In this document: positions 8,817-17,559 of the stretch, in pieces | Layout of the letters: the number at the start of each line of letters is the position of its first letter | Position numbering within the stretch: position 1 is the stretch's first letter | Translations under genes and position numbers: made by a program | From: Ilumatobacteraceae bacterium | Lineage (GTDB): Bacteria; Actinomycetota; Acidimicrobiia; Acidimicrobiales; Ilumatobacteraceae | DNA length: 58,631 nucleotides | Assembly: GCA_040401695.1 (NCBI GenBank) | Contig: JBBANY010000002.1 | Span: 1-58,631 of the forward strand | Direction of reading: 5' to 3' | The notes under the pieces: generated by a model | Databases searched by the model: none | Seen by the model: only the letters and a program-made list of their open reading frames with translations | Told to the model about the DNA's origin: nothing

Positions 8817-9923
8817 TTAGTTGAACAGGGTGAACGAACCCGGGCCGGTGGCGAAGCCGCTGGCAGGAACGTTCTTGTTCGTCACGAGTGGGCTGTCCAT
8901 CCAGTAGGTGGTCGCATCGGGCGTCTCGCCGGCGATCAGCTTGGCGAGGAGTTCACAACCGAGAGAGGCCGTGCCCTCGAGGTCGTTTGCTGCCGTTGCA
9001 GCGAAGCTCTTGCCTGCGCGGATCATGTCGAGTGCCGACGAGTCTCCGTTGAACGACACAACGAATGCCTTGTTGCCAAGACCATCGACTGCTGCCGCTG
9101 CACCCTGGCCGAGGCTGTCGAAGCTCGCGTAGACGGCCTTGATGTCGGGGTTCGCCTGGAAGGCCTGCTCGACCTTTGCCTGGGCGTCGGCCACCGCGTT
9201 GGCGAGGTCGACTTCAACCTCGGTCACCTTGATGTCCGGGTACTCGCTGCCCTCGCCGGTCATTGCCTTGAAGGCATCGGCGCGCTGACGGAGGCTCGGT
9301 GTCACGCGTGCGTTGACGATGAGAACATCGCCTGCTGCGGTTCCACCGTTCTCCGCTGCGATGCGGTCGATCACGTACTGTCCGACGCGGGCTGCGCTCT
9401 GGAATTCGAGACCCGTGATCGAGTACGAACCGGTGCGCTGTCCACCCCACACGGTGACAACCGGGCGACCTGCATCGCCGGCTGCCTTCAGAGCGGCATC
9501 AAGCGAGCCGTTGCCGATGTCGTTCGCAACGTTGTAAATGGCATCGACGCCGGCGTTGTTCGCCTGCTCGAAGGCCTGGACGGCCTCGGTGCCACCCTTG
9601 GCATCGAAAACCTGTGTGGATCCACCGTTGGCCTCGACACACTCGACGACTCCGGCCTGGAGGCGATCGACGGGCTCGAGACCCGGTGCGAGCGAGATGA
9701 TGCCAACTGCCTTGCCGCTGAGGGCCGAGAGGTCGGCTCCGGCGGGTGCGGCTTCTTCCGCTGCAACCGTGTCTTCGGTGGCTGCTTCTTCAGCGGTTGT
9801 TTCTTCGGCAACCGCCGTCGTGTCGGCAGTTGCGGTATCCGTGCTGTCGCTGTCGTCCCCACAGGCTGCGAGAGCGCCTGCGGTGGCGAGAACGACCGCA
9901 AGCGCAACGGCCTTGCTTTTCAT
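8817..9923 (-). CDS. sugar ABC transporter substrate-binding lipoprotein (PBP1/RbsB-like), copy 1
   Basis: ATG at 9923 (MKSKAVALAVVLATAGALAACGDD...) gives a lipoprotein signal peptide with a lipobox Cys, preceded by GGGGGAA. An acidic Thr/Ala-rich tether of about 40 aa follows, then a periplasmic binding fold. The track ORF extends 60 codons further upstream without support. Confidence 0.8.
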   Translation of the reverse strand: MKSKAVALAVVLATAGALAACGDDSDSTDTATADTTAVAEETTAEEAATEDTVAAEEAAPAGADLSALSGKAVGIISLAPGLEPVDRLQAGVVECVEANGGSTQVFDAKGGTEAVQAFEQANNAGVDAIYNVANDIGNGSLDAALKAAGDAGRPVVTVWGGQRTGSYSITGLEFQSAARVGQYVIDRIAAENGGTAAGDVLIVNARVTPSLRQRADAFKAMTGEGSEYPDIKVTEVEVDLANAVADAQAKVEQAFQANPDIKAVYASFDSLGQGAAAAVDGLGNKAFVVSFNGDSSALDMIRAGKSFAATAANDLEGTASLGCELLAKLIAGETPDATTYWMDSPLVTNKNVPASGFATGPGSFTLFN

Positions 9924-10106
9924 TCTCTTCACTGTTCCCCCTTTTGGGATTGGTTGTGGTGTTTGTTGGGTTGTTGCGGCTTTCGCCGCGTTCTTTCCGC
10001 AGTCGTCGGCCGCGTGTCGACCGACGACTAAGGAAGAGATTTTCTCTCGTCGCAAAGACCGAAGAAACTGTGTGGGTTGGCTGGTTGACGTGGGGTGGTG
10101 CACGAT

Positions 10107-11627
10107 TCAGACCGCTACGTCGTCGTGGCCATAGCACCCGCGCAGAATGTCGGCTTCGGTAATGGGTTGTTCGAGTTGTCCAACAACGCGCCCTTCGCGC
10201 AGTACGACGACTCGATGCGCAACCTGGGCCACTTCGTCGAGATCGGAGGACGCAATGATGACCGCCACGCCTTCGGCAGCGAGCTCTGCGACTTGGCGCA
10301 GAATCTCGCCACGGGCTCCGACGTCGACACCCTTTGTCGGTTCGTCGAGCAGCAGTACCTTCGTGTCGCGTCCTACGAGCCAGCGTGCCAGGAGGACCTT
10401 TTGCTGGTTGCCACCGGAAAGCTGACCGATGCGTTGATCGTGACCGGTCGTGACAACGCGCAAGCGTTCGATCTGGCGGTTCGTTTGATCGACTTCCTCG
10501 CCGCGATGGGGCAGTGGAAGGCGTGCGTGGCGTCTGAACTGCCTGAGGTGTGCGAGCACGGTGTTTTCGCGGATCGTCCGCATCGGATAAATTCCGGTTG
10601 ACCGTCGATCTTCGGGAATGAGGGCGAGGCCGTTGCGAATTGCATCGGCAGGCGAGCGGAACGAGACCTCTTTACCGCTCAGAGTGATCGTGCCGGCCGT
10701 GGGTTTCAGCTGCCCAAAGATGTTGAGAAGGATCGACGTGCGCCCCGACCCGACAAGTCCGCCGAGGCCGAGAATCTCGCCCGGTCGCACTTCAAAAGAA
10801 ACGTCTTTCAGTGGCCCACCCTCGAGCCCGCTTACCGACAGCACCGGCGCCGCTTCGGTGCGTGCCGTACTTGTGGTCACCTTCACGTTGTCGACCGACT
10901 TGCCCGTGATCGCCTCGATCAGGCGGTCACGCGTCAAATCCTTGCGGTCGATTTCGCCGACCGTCTCGCCGTCCTTCATGACCGTGACTCGGTCGGTGAT
11001 TTCGAGTACTTCACCCAATCGGTGCGAAACGAACAGCACCGCGACACCACGCTCTTTGAGGCGACGTGCAGCGGCGAAGACCTTCACGACTTCGCTGTCG
11101 GCGAGTGCGACGGTTGGCTCGTCCATCACCACGAGTTGCGGTTGACCGGCACACGCGCGGGCGATCGACACCATCCAGCGTTCCGCAACCGTCAGTGATT
11201 TCACGGGCGCGGTCGGATCAACGTCGACAAAATCCGCAAGGATTCGGCGGGACTCTTCGGTGAGAGCGGTCCAGTCGATGCGCAAACCGCGTCGGGGGAG
11301 ATCTTTGCCGAGAAACAGATTCTCTGCGACACTCAGCCGTTCAACGAGGGCGGCATCCTGGTGGATGAAGTGCAGTTCTAGGCGGCTCGCCTCGCGCTCG
11401 CTTTGCAACTCAACGGGTAGTCCGTCGACGAGAATCGTCCCGTTGTCACGTAGTTGCGCGCCTGCAAGAATCTTGATGAGCGTCGACTTGCCTGCGCCGT
11501 TTTCGCCGACAAGGCCGTGGATTTCGCCGGGCCGGATCTTGATCCATGCGTCGTTCAGTGCCTGAACTCCGGGAAACCGCTTCGACAATCCTGAAATCTC
11601 GACGATGAACGCTGTCGCGTTGGCCAT
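10107..11627 (-). CDS. sugar ABC transporter ATP-binding protein, duplicated ABC domains (RbsA/MglA-like, CUT2 family)
   Basis: Two ABC cassettes: GENGAGKSTL ... LSVAERWMVSIARA ... VMDEPT, and GLVGSGRT ... LSGGNQQKVLLARW ... LLLDEPT. 506 aa. Confidence 0.9.
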   Translation of the reverse strand: MANATAFIVEISGLSKRFPGVQALNDAWIKIRPGEIHGLVGENGAGKSTLIKILAGAQLRDNGTILVDGLPVELQSEREASRLELHFIHQDAALVERLSVAENLFLGKDLPRRGLRIDWTALTEESRRILADFVDVDPTAPVKSLTVAERWMVSIARACAGQPQLVVMDEPTVALADSEVVKVFAAARRLKERGVAVLFVSHRLGEVLEITDRVTVMKDGETVGEIDRKDLTRDRLIEAITGKSVDNVKVTTSTARTEAAPVLSVSGLEGGPLKDVSFEVRPGEILGLGGLVGSGRTSILLNIFGQLKPTAGTITLSGKEVSFRSPADAIRNGLALIPEDRRSTGIYPMRTIRENTVLAHLRQFRRHARLPLPHRGEEVDQTNRQIERLRVVTTGHDQRIGQLSGGNQQKVLLARWLVGRDTKVLLLDEPTKGVDVGARGEILRQVAELAAEGVAVIIASSDLDEVAQVAHRVVVLREGRVVGQLEQPITEADILRGCYGHDDVAV

Positions 11628-11662
11628 CCGCGCACCCCCCTTCGGCGAACATCTCCACCATA

Positions 11663-11684
11663 GTTAACCCAACGGTGGGTTGAC
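11663..11684. promoter_or_regulatory. palindrome GTTAACCCAACGGTGGGTTGAC in the divergent ABC promoter region (candidate operator)
   Basis: AACCCA-ACGG-TGGGTT inverted repeat. It contains ACCCAACGGT, the reverse complement of the ACCGTTGGGT motif at 19654. Confidence 0.4.
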
Positions 11685-11730
11685 TACCCCCAGGATTTGG
11701 TAGATACTGAAGGCGCTCGGAGGGGGACTC

Positions 11731-12939
11731 ATGGGTTCAGCAGTAGCGAAAATCCGCTCTGCCGTCGGCGGGATCATTCCCGGCCGAAGGGAGGTCGGAG
11801 CTGGCGCGGGGACGGCGTCGGGATCGAAGGGGATGGCCTTCGCGGCGCGTTATGGGACGATCGTCTTCCTTCTCGTTCTTGTTGTCGTCTTCACGATCCT
11901 CTGCGAAATTCGCCTTGGTGAGCAGCGGTTCCTGTCCGGCAACAACCTCACGCTGCTTCTGCGCCAATCCGCCGTTCTCGCGATTCTGGCAAGTGGTCTC
12001 ACGATCGCGCTGATCCTTGGTGAATTCGACCTTTCCATCGCCGCCGCACTCACACTGGGCGGCGGCATTTTTGCTCTCTTCTTGAGCGGCCAGTACGTCG
12101 TGACATGGCCGACCATTCCCTTCACCGACATCGGTGGAGGAGCCGTCGTGCCGGCCGACTGGCAGGACACTTTCCTCTTTGCGTTGATCGCTGCCGCTTT
12201 CTTCGGTCTCCTTGCCGGTGTCATCAACGGCATCGTCGTGTCGTATTTCGGTGTCAGTGCCTTCATCGGCACGCTCGGTCTCGCGGGAATCATCGAGGGT
12301 TACCTCATTCGTCTCACCGACGGCCGGTCGGTCGCTCTACCGAAGAACGTCACAGACACAGCGCAGGGAACCCTCTTCGGATGGAAGGCTCCGGAGAGTT
12401 GGGGCTGGGACCTGACCGTGGGCGGCCGAACCTTCAATCTCGATCTCGGCGGCTTGAGTCTGCCCATCATCGCCGTCACCGCCGCAGTCATTCTGTTTGG
12501 AATCTCTTTTTTCCTGCGCCAAACCGAAGCGGGTCGCCGTATGGATGCAGTCGGCGGCAACCCCGAGGCGTCGCGCCTGGCGGGCATCGACGTGAAGCGT
12601 TACCGACTCGCGGCCTTCATGATGTGCGCTGTCATTGCAGCGATTGCTGGCGTCGTCCTTGCCGCCGGTCGAACCGGTTCCGCCGTCACATTGGTGGGCA
12701 ACCAAGGTTCCTATCTCCTGCAGGCCTACACCGCGTGCTTCCTCGGGGCCGTGACATTGCGCGAGGGAGAATTCCACGTGCTCGGAACGGCCATCGGGGT
12801 TTTGCTGATGACGGTCACTTTCTCCGGTCTCATCATTCTCGGTGTGCCGGGTTATGCACAGACAATCGCCAACGGCGTGATCCTGATCGCCGCCCTGACA
12901 TTCGCGGGTCTTGCCCGCAGGGCGGCCAGGCGAACGTAG
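11731..12939 (+). CDS. sugar ABC transporter permease (RbsC-like, CUT2 family)
   Basis: Multi-pass hydrophobic protein with the layout typical of the branched-chain/ribose permease family. ATG at 11731 is preceded by GGAGGGGGA; ATG at 11833 is an alternative start. Confidence 0.85.
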   Translation: MGSAVAKIRSAVGGIIPGRREVGAGAGTASGSKGMAFAARYGTIVFLLVLVVVFTILCEIRLGEQRFLSGNNLTLLLRQSAVLAILASGLTIALILGEFDLSIAAALTLGGGIFALFLSGQYVVTWPTIPFTDIGGGAVVPADWQDTFLFALIAAAFFGLLAGVINGIVVSYFGVSAFIGTLGLAGIIEGYLIRLTDGRSVALPKNVTDTAQGTLFGWKAPESWGWDLTVGGRTFNLDLGGLSLPIIAVTAAVILFGISFFLRQTEAGRRMDAVGGNPEASRLAGIDVKRYRLAAFMMCAVIAAIAGVVLAAGRTGSAVTLVGNQGSYLLQAYTACFLGAVTLREGEFHVLGTAIGVLLMTVTFSGLIILGVPGYAQTIANGVILIAALTFAGLARRAARRT

Positions 12940-13039
12940 ACGACATCTCGGCGCCGGGTGTCGCCTGACGGACCGGTGGTGCGGCGCCACCAACCACAAC
13001 AACAGGGGGAGTCGGATTCGGATGACCCAAGGAGGAAAA

Positions 13040-14173
13040 ATGAGAAAGACCAAGAAGGCACTCGTGGTGCTTCCGCTCGTCGTCATGGCGCTGCTCTCAG
13101 CCTGTGGTGACGACAGTGGGGACTCCACGGCCGACACAACCGCAACGGCAGACACAACGGCAACCGGCGACACGACGGCTGCGACCGAAGAGACGACCGC
13201 ACCCGCCGATACGACTGCTGCAGCCGCATCTGATCCGTCGAAGGGCGAAATCCCCGAGGGTGGCGTTGAAGTCGCAATCGCAGGTGACGTCACGACCTGG
13301 TCCGGCAAGAAGGTCGGCATCGCCAACCTCGCACCGGTGCCCGGTGCAGAGCGCTGGTCGAAGCCGCTTCAGGCTTGCATCGAAAAGAACGGTGGAACGG
13401 TTGATTACCAGGACGTCGGTGGCGACCCGACCAAGCTGCCCGCACTCCTCGAGGGTTGGGCAAGCGCCAAGGTCGACGCTGTGTTCAACATCGGTATCGA
13501 CATGACCGGCCAGGAATCGCTGATCGCCGCGTTCACTGAGGCGAAGACCCCGGTCGTCATTTGGGGCGCCGGCAATCCCGAGGGCGTCGTCGCACTTGAT
13601 GCCAACCAGGAAGAGGACGGCCGCATTATCGGTCGTTACCTCGTCGAAAAGCTTGGTTCGGGTCAGGTCATCCTCGTGAATGCGAACAACCCTGCTCTCC
13701 AGAGCCGTGAAAAAGGCCTGAAGGAAGTGCTCGACGCTGCGGGTATCGAACTCGTCGTCGTCGGTGAGGCACTTGGCTTCACCGCCGAGTCGGCACAGAA
13801 GTCGGTCGAGGCCGCCCTCCAGGCGAACCCCGATGCGAAGGCTGTCGTCGGTGGCTTCGGCTCGCTCGGCGTCGGTGCTGCAGCAGCGGTGACTGCTGCG
13901 GGTAGCTCGGCCGTCGTTGTTTCGATGAACGGTGACCCCGAGGAGTACGCAGCGATCCGTGAGGGTGGCTCATTTGTCGCAACAGTGGCCGACGGCCACG
14001 AGTTCGGCGGTGAGGCTGCTTGTCAGATCGCGGCCGACATGATCGCAGGCAACGCTGCGCCCGGCACCGCCGGCAAGCAGATCCTTGCGACCTCGGTGCT
14101 CGTGACCGCCGACAACGTGCCCGCCGAGGGTTCGTCGGAGGCCACTCCGCGCAAGTTCTACCAGCTTCCCTGA
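13040..14173 (+). CDS. sugar ABC transporter substrate-binding lipoprotein (PBP1/RbsB-like), copy 2 (paralog of 8817..9923)
   Basis: ATG at 13040 is preceded by AAGGAGG. MRKTKKALVVLPLVVMALLSACGDD... gives a lipobox, followed by a Thr/Ala/Asp-rich tether. It is collinear with copy 1 (GK.VGI..LAP, C.E.NGG, QANPD.KAV, NGD...IR.G.SF.AT). Confidence 0.8.
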   Translation: MRKTKKALVVLPLVVMALLSACGDDSGDSTADTTATADTTATGDTTAATEETTAPADTTAAAASDPSKGEIPEGGVEVAIAGDVTTWSGKKVGIANLAPVPGAERWSKPLQACIEKNGGTVDYQDVGGDPTKLPALLEGWASAKVDAVFNIGIDMTGQESLIAAFTEAKTPVVIWGAGNPEGVVALDANQEEDGRIIGRYLVEKLGSGQVILVNANNPALQSREKGLKEVLDAAGIELVVVGEALGFTAESAQKSVEAALQANPDAKAVVGGFGSLGVGAAAAVTAAGSSAVVVSMNGDPEEYAAIREGGSFVATVADGHEFGGEAACQIAADMIAGNAAPGTAGKQILATSVLVTADNVPAEGSSEATPRKFYQLP

Positions 14174-14191
14174 TCCCCGGGTGGTGGTGAC

Positions 14192-14220
14192 GGTGTGGGT
14201 CGGCTCTGCCGACCCACACC
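14192..14220 (+). terminator. strong hairpin after the binding-protein gene (likely terminator, no U-tail)
   Basis: 13-bp perfect stem GGTGTGGGTCGGC / GCCGACCCACACC with loop TCT, 19 nt after the stop at 14173. Confidence 0.5.
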
Positions 14221-14290
14221 GGACACACCCCAGCCCCGGGTTCAGGACCCGATCGTCATGACTCCGAGGGAGAAGGTCAAGGGAGAAAGC

Positions 14291-15127
14291 GTGGTCCACG
14301 CGCGCCAAGTAGCTGTCGTCACCGGTGCTGGTCGTATGCGCGGTATTGGTCGCGCATGCGCACTGCGTCTGGCAAGCGATGGGTACTTCGTCGTTGTCCA
14401 CGGGCGCAGTGATTCACCAGCCTCGATGACGGAGACAGAGCGCGAGGCCGGTTGGCTCGGAGCGCAATCGGTGGCGGATGAAGTGGTGTCGAACGGGGGT
14501 GGCGCGGTGGCCATCGTTGGTGATCTGCGTGACAAAACCGTGATCGAAGCGTTCGCTGTTGCTTCCGAGCGTTCGGGTGATCTTGCAACCGTGGTCAACA
14601 ACGCTGGTACTCCCGGTGAGGCGAACACGTATGCAGCGCACGAGACGCCGGCCGAGTTGTGGAGCGATACGTTCCACGTCAACGTCGACACCATTTATGA
14701 CATGTGCCGGACCCTCGTTCCGTTGCTTCAGTCGTCGAAGTGCGAGAACAAGTCGATCATCAATTTCTCCTCGACCGCCGGCAAGCGTCCACTTGCTCGC
14801 TATGGCGCGTACAACGCATCGAAGGCGGCGGTGGAGGCCTTGACAATCCAACAGGCACTTGAACTCGCACGGTTCGGTGTCCGGGTCAATTGCATTGCCC
14901 CGGGAAGCACGACGACCGACATGATTGAAGGCACCTTGGATCGCGCGGCACGGTACGCCAAGATCACGCGTGACGAATTGATGAAGAGTGTGTTGCGCAC
15001 GATCCCGATGCGTCGGTTCGCGGATCCTTCCGAGATTGCATCCGTCGTTGGGTTTCTTGCCAGCCGCGACGCGTCATTTGTCACTGGTCAGATCATCACT
15101 GTGGACGGAGGAATGACGCTCTCATGA
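14291..15127 (+). CDS. SDR-family oxidoreductase
   Basis: VAVVTGAGRMRGIGRA Rossmann motif and YNASKAA catalytic motif. GTG at 14291 is preceded by GGGAGAAAG; ATG at 14258 is an alternative. The stop overlaps the P450 start (ATGA). Confidence 0.8.
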   Translation: MVHARQVAVVTGAGRMRGIGRACALRLASDGYFVVVHGRSDSPASMTETEREAGWLGAQSVADEVVSNGGGAVAIVGDLRDKTVIEAFAVASERSGDLATVVNNAGTPGEANTYAAHETPAELWSDTFHVNVDTIYDMCRTLVPLLQSSKCENKSIINFSSTAGKRPLARYGAYNASKAAVEALTIQQALELARFGVRVNCIAPGSTTTDMIEGTLDRAARYAKITRDELMKSVLRTIPMRRFADPSEIASVVGFLASRDASFVTGQIITVDGGMTLS

Positions 15128-16428
15128 CGAACAAGATTCCGAACGAAACGATAGAAACAGGGCAGATGAGCGAAGACGACGACACCTCGAGAAGTTCACT
15201 GTCGACAGCACGGTTCGACGACAATCTCGTGTGCGATGATGCCGTGCGAGATCCGTACGCGTTCTTCGGTCACCTGCGTGATACCGCACCGATCCACTGG
15301 AACACGCGCCACAAAGCGTGGGTGCTGACGACGCACGAACTGGTCACCGCGGCCCTCCGCAACGGAAGTCTCACGGCCGACCGGATGGAGCCGTTCCGCG
15401 CATCGGTGATGCGACAGACAAACTCAGCCGCAGTCGACGAAACATTCCGCATTCTCGCCAACTGGATGGTCTTTCTCGATCCGCCGAACCACACCCGTTT
15501 GCGTCGACTTGTTTCGCGAATTTTTGCTCCGCCCGTCGTGCGGGCCCAGACCGCCGACATCCAAGAAGTTGTTGGAAGCCTGATTGCAGATCTTCCCGAG
15601 GGTCGACCGGTCGACTTCATCGCCGAGTTTGCCGCACCACTACCCGCAATTGTCATTGCAAAGATGCTCGGCGTTCCACCGCAGGACCGCATCCTCTTCA
15701 AGGAATGGTCCGACCAACTGACATCGCTGGTGTTCGGTGCCTACGATAATCCTGATCGTTTCCACCAAGCAGCGCGCGGGATGCTCGATCTTCGCGACTA
15801 TCTCCTCGGCATGATCGAGAAGTTCGAGGTCGCCCCCGAAGAAAACCTCATCAGCCTGCTGCTCGAGCAGGAAGATGGTGACTCGTTGTCACGAGACGAG
15901 CTCATTTCCACCTGCACGCTGCTGTTGTTTGGGGGCCACGAAACAACGACCAATCTCATCACCAATGGCCTGCTCGCGCTTCTCGATTTCCCCGACCAGA
16001 TGGACGACCTGCGGCGTGATCCCGACATCATGCCGATGGCACTCGAGGAGATCACTCGCTTCGACGGCCCTGCTCGGTCGATGGTTCGTCTGGTGAAGGA
16101 AAATCATGAGTTCGGGGGCGTCGAGATGAAGGCCGGTGAGCGTGTTTTTCTCGTCAACCCTTCGGCAAACCGAGACCCCGTGGTCTTTGATGATCCCGAC
16201 GCGCTGAATCTTCGTCGCAACCCCACGAGCCACATTGGCTACGGGTTCGGTTTGCACTACTGCCTTGGGGCGCCCCTCGCCCGGCTCGAGGCAGACCTGG
16301 CCCTTTCGGCGGTTCTCCGCGAGTTTGGTTCGATCTCGATGGCCGTTGACCGCTCGGTGCTCGAATGGAACCCGACGATGCTGTCGCGGGGACTGAAGTC
16401 GTTGCCCGTCGTGCTTACTCGGGGATAA
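15124..16428 (+). CDS. cytochrome P450
   Basis: Heme-binding loop GYGFGLHYCLGAPLAR, I-helix LLLFGGHETT and EEITRF (ExxR) motifs. 434 aa. Confidence 0.9.
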   Translation: MTNKIPNETIETGQMSEDDDTSRSSLSTARFDDNLVCDDAVRDPYAFFGHLRDTAPIHWNTRHKAWVLTTHELVTAALRNGSLTADRMEPFRASVMRQTNSAAVDETFRILANWMVFLDPPNHTRLRRLVSRIFAPPVVRAQTADIQEVVGSLIADLPEGRPVDFIAEFAAPLPAIVIAKMLGVPPQDRILFKEWSDQLTSLVFGAYDNPDRFHQAARGMLDLRDYLLGMIEKFEVAPEENLISLLLEQEDGDSLSRDELISTCTLLLFGGHETTTNLITNGLLALLDFPDQMDDLRRDPDIMPMALEEITRFDGPARSMVRLVKENHEFGGVEMKAGERVFLVNPSANRDPVVFDDPDALNLRRNPTSHIGYGFGLHYCLGAPLARLEADLALSAVLREFGSISMAVDRSVLEWNPTMLSRGLKSLPVVLTRG

Positions 16429-16432
16429 CCGA

Positions 16433-17542
16433 TCAGAGATTCCACAAGCGGGAGAGAGATCGTGCTCGTTCCCGATCGCTGAGGCCCCGGAGATCAACCA
16501 CTCCGTTTTCGTTGACGACAACATCGATGTCGGATCGCTGGGTCGTCACGTTTTCTGTCAGTTTCTCCACAAGCGTGGGTGTCGAACCGCGACGACTGGG
16601 CAGTGCGACGATGCTGAGACCGTGACGACTGGATGCCGCAGAGAACGCAAAGTCGGCATGCCCCCCGAGTCCTGCGACGGTCGTGCCGCGGATGTTCTCG
16701 ACGTTCACTTGTCCCGACAGGTCGATCTCGAGCGCCGTGTTGAGGGCGAAGAAGGTGTCGTCCGAGAGTGAGCGGTGATCGTGGGTTTTTTCAACGCGGT
16801 CGACCCAGCCACGTTCTGCGATTTCGGCGTAGAAGGAAGCGGTGCCGATGGCGTAGGAACCGACGGGCGTTCCCGTGACGACGCCTCGCCTTGCCGCCTC
16901 GACGACCGCGTCGCTGACGATGCCCGATCGAATTCGCGTTGGTCGGTTGAGGAGTTCGACGCACGCCGCGCCGATTGGCCCGGGGCCGTACTGAATCGCG
17001 GCATTGTCGGGAAGGAGTGCAACGATTCGCTCGGCGATGGCGCGGGAAACATCGTCAACCACGGGGGGAGAGATCACCTCTGGCGGCGCCGTCGACCCTT
17101 CATCGATTGACATGCGGGGGCCAAGGTCGATGTTGCCCAGTGACGTTGTCGCGGGCAGTCTCGGATTCGGCCGGACGATGACTTGACTTGCGTTTTCAAT
17201 GGCGGCGGGAATCCAGCCCGCTTCGGTGCCGAGGTGCCACGTCGACCCGCGTTGCAGTGCCGACACCAACAGCGTGTAGGGCTGGAGCCAAGTGGTCATG
17301 GCGCGGGGCAGATGTGAGAACCGGACCGGAACGTAGTTGAAGTGGGGAGACGTCGCCAGGTGTCGTGATCCGTTGCCGCCCATGAACGACCGCACGGTGA
17401 TGTCGGGCGACGCCTCGAGCCACTTCAGTCCGTCAGAGAGGCACCAACCAACGAAGACCTCGCAGGCTTCACCGCGGCGGCGGACCTTTTCGACTTGGTC
17501 GTGCAAAAGATCCCATGGAGCGCCGACACCGTCGGCCACCAC
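16433..17542 (-). CDS. acetyl-CoA hydrolase/transferase-family protein (4-hydroxybutyrate CoA-transferase-like)
   Basis: The C-terminal two thirds of track ORF 16433..18343 reads like this family (...NTALEIDLSGQVNVENIRGTTVAGLGGHADFAFSA...). The upstream part of that ORF overlaps the ACAD gene and is discarded. There is no in-frame ATG near the ACAD stop; GTG at 17542 is my best guess for the start and is uncertain. Confidence 0.7.
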   Translation of the reverse strand: MVADGVGAPWDLLHDQVEKVRRRGEACEVFVGWCLSDGLKWLEASPDITVRSFMGGNGSRHLATSPHFNYVPVRFSHLPRAMTTWLQPYTLLVSALQRGSTWHLGTEAGWIPAAIENASQVIVRPNPRLPATTSLGNIDLGPRMSIDEGSTAPPEVISPPVVDDVSRAIAERIVALLPDNAAIQYGPGPIGAACVELLNRPTRIRSGIVSDAVVEAARRGVVTGTPVGSYAIGTASFYAEIAERGWVDRVEKTHDHRSLSDDTFFALNTALEIDLSGQVNVENIRGTTVAGLGGHADFAFSAASSRHGLSIVALPSRRGSTPTLVEKLTENVTTQRSDIDVVVNENGVVDLRGLSDRERARSLSRLWNL

Positions 17543-17559
17543 GATGCGGGCGGTTTGGC

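Noticed and set aside
8817-10103. Long N-terminal extensions of the three binding-protein ORFs in the track (8817..10103, 12911..14173, 27715..29049)
   Set aside because: In each case an internal ATG, two of the three (9923 and 13040) preceded by a good RBS, gives a canonical lipoprotein signal peptide with a lipobox Cys. The upstream codons are Arg/Pro/Thr-rich and overlap neighbouring genes or intergenic structure.
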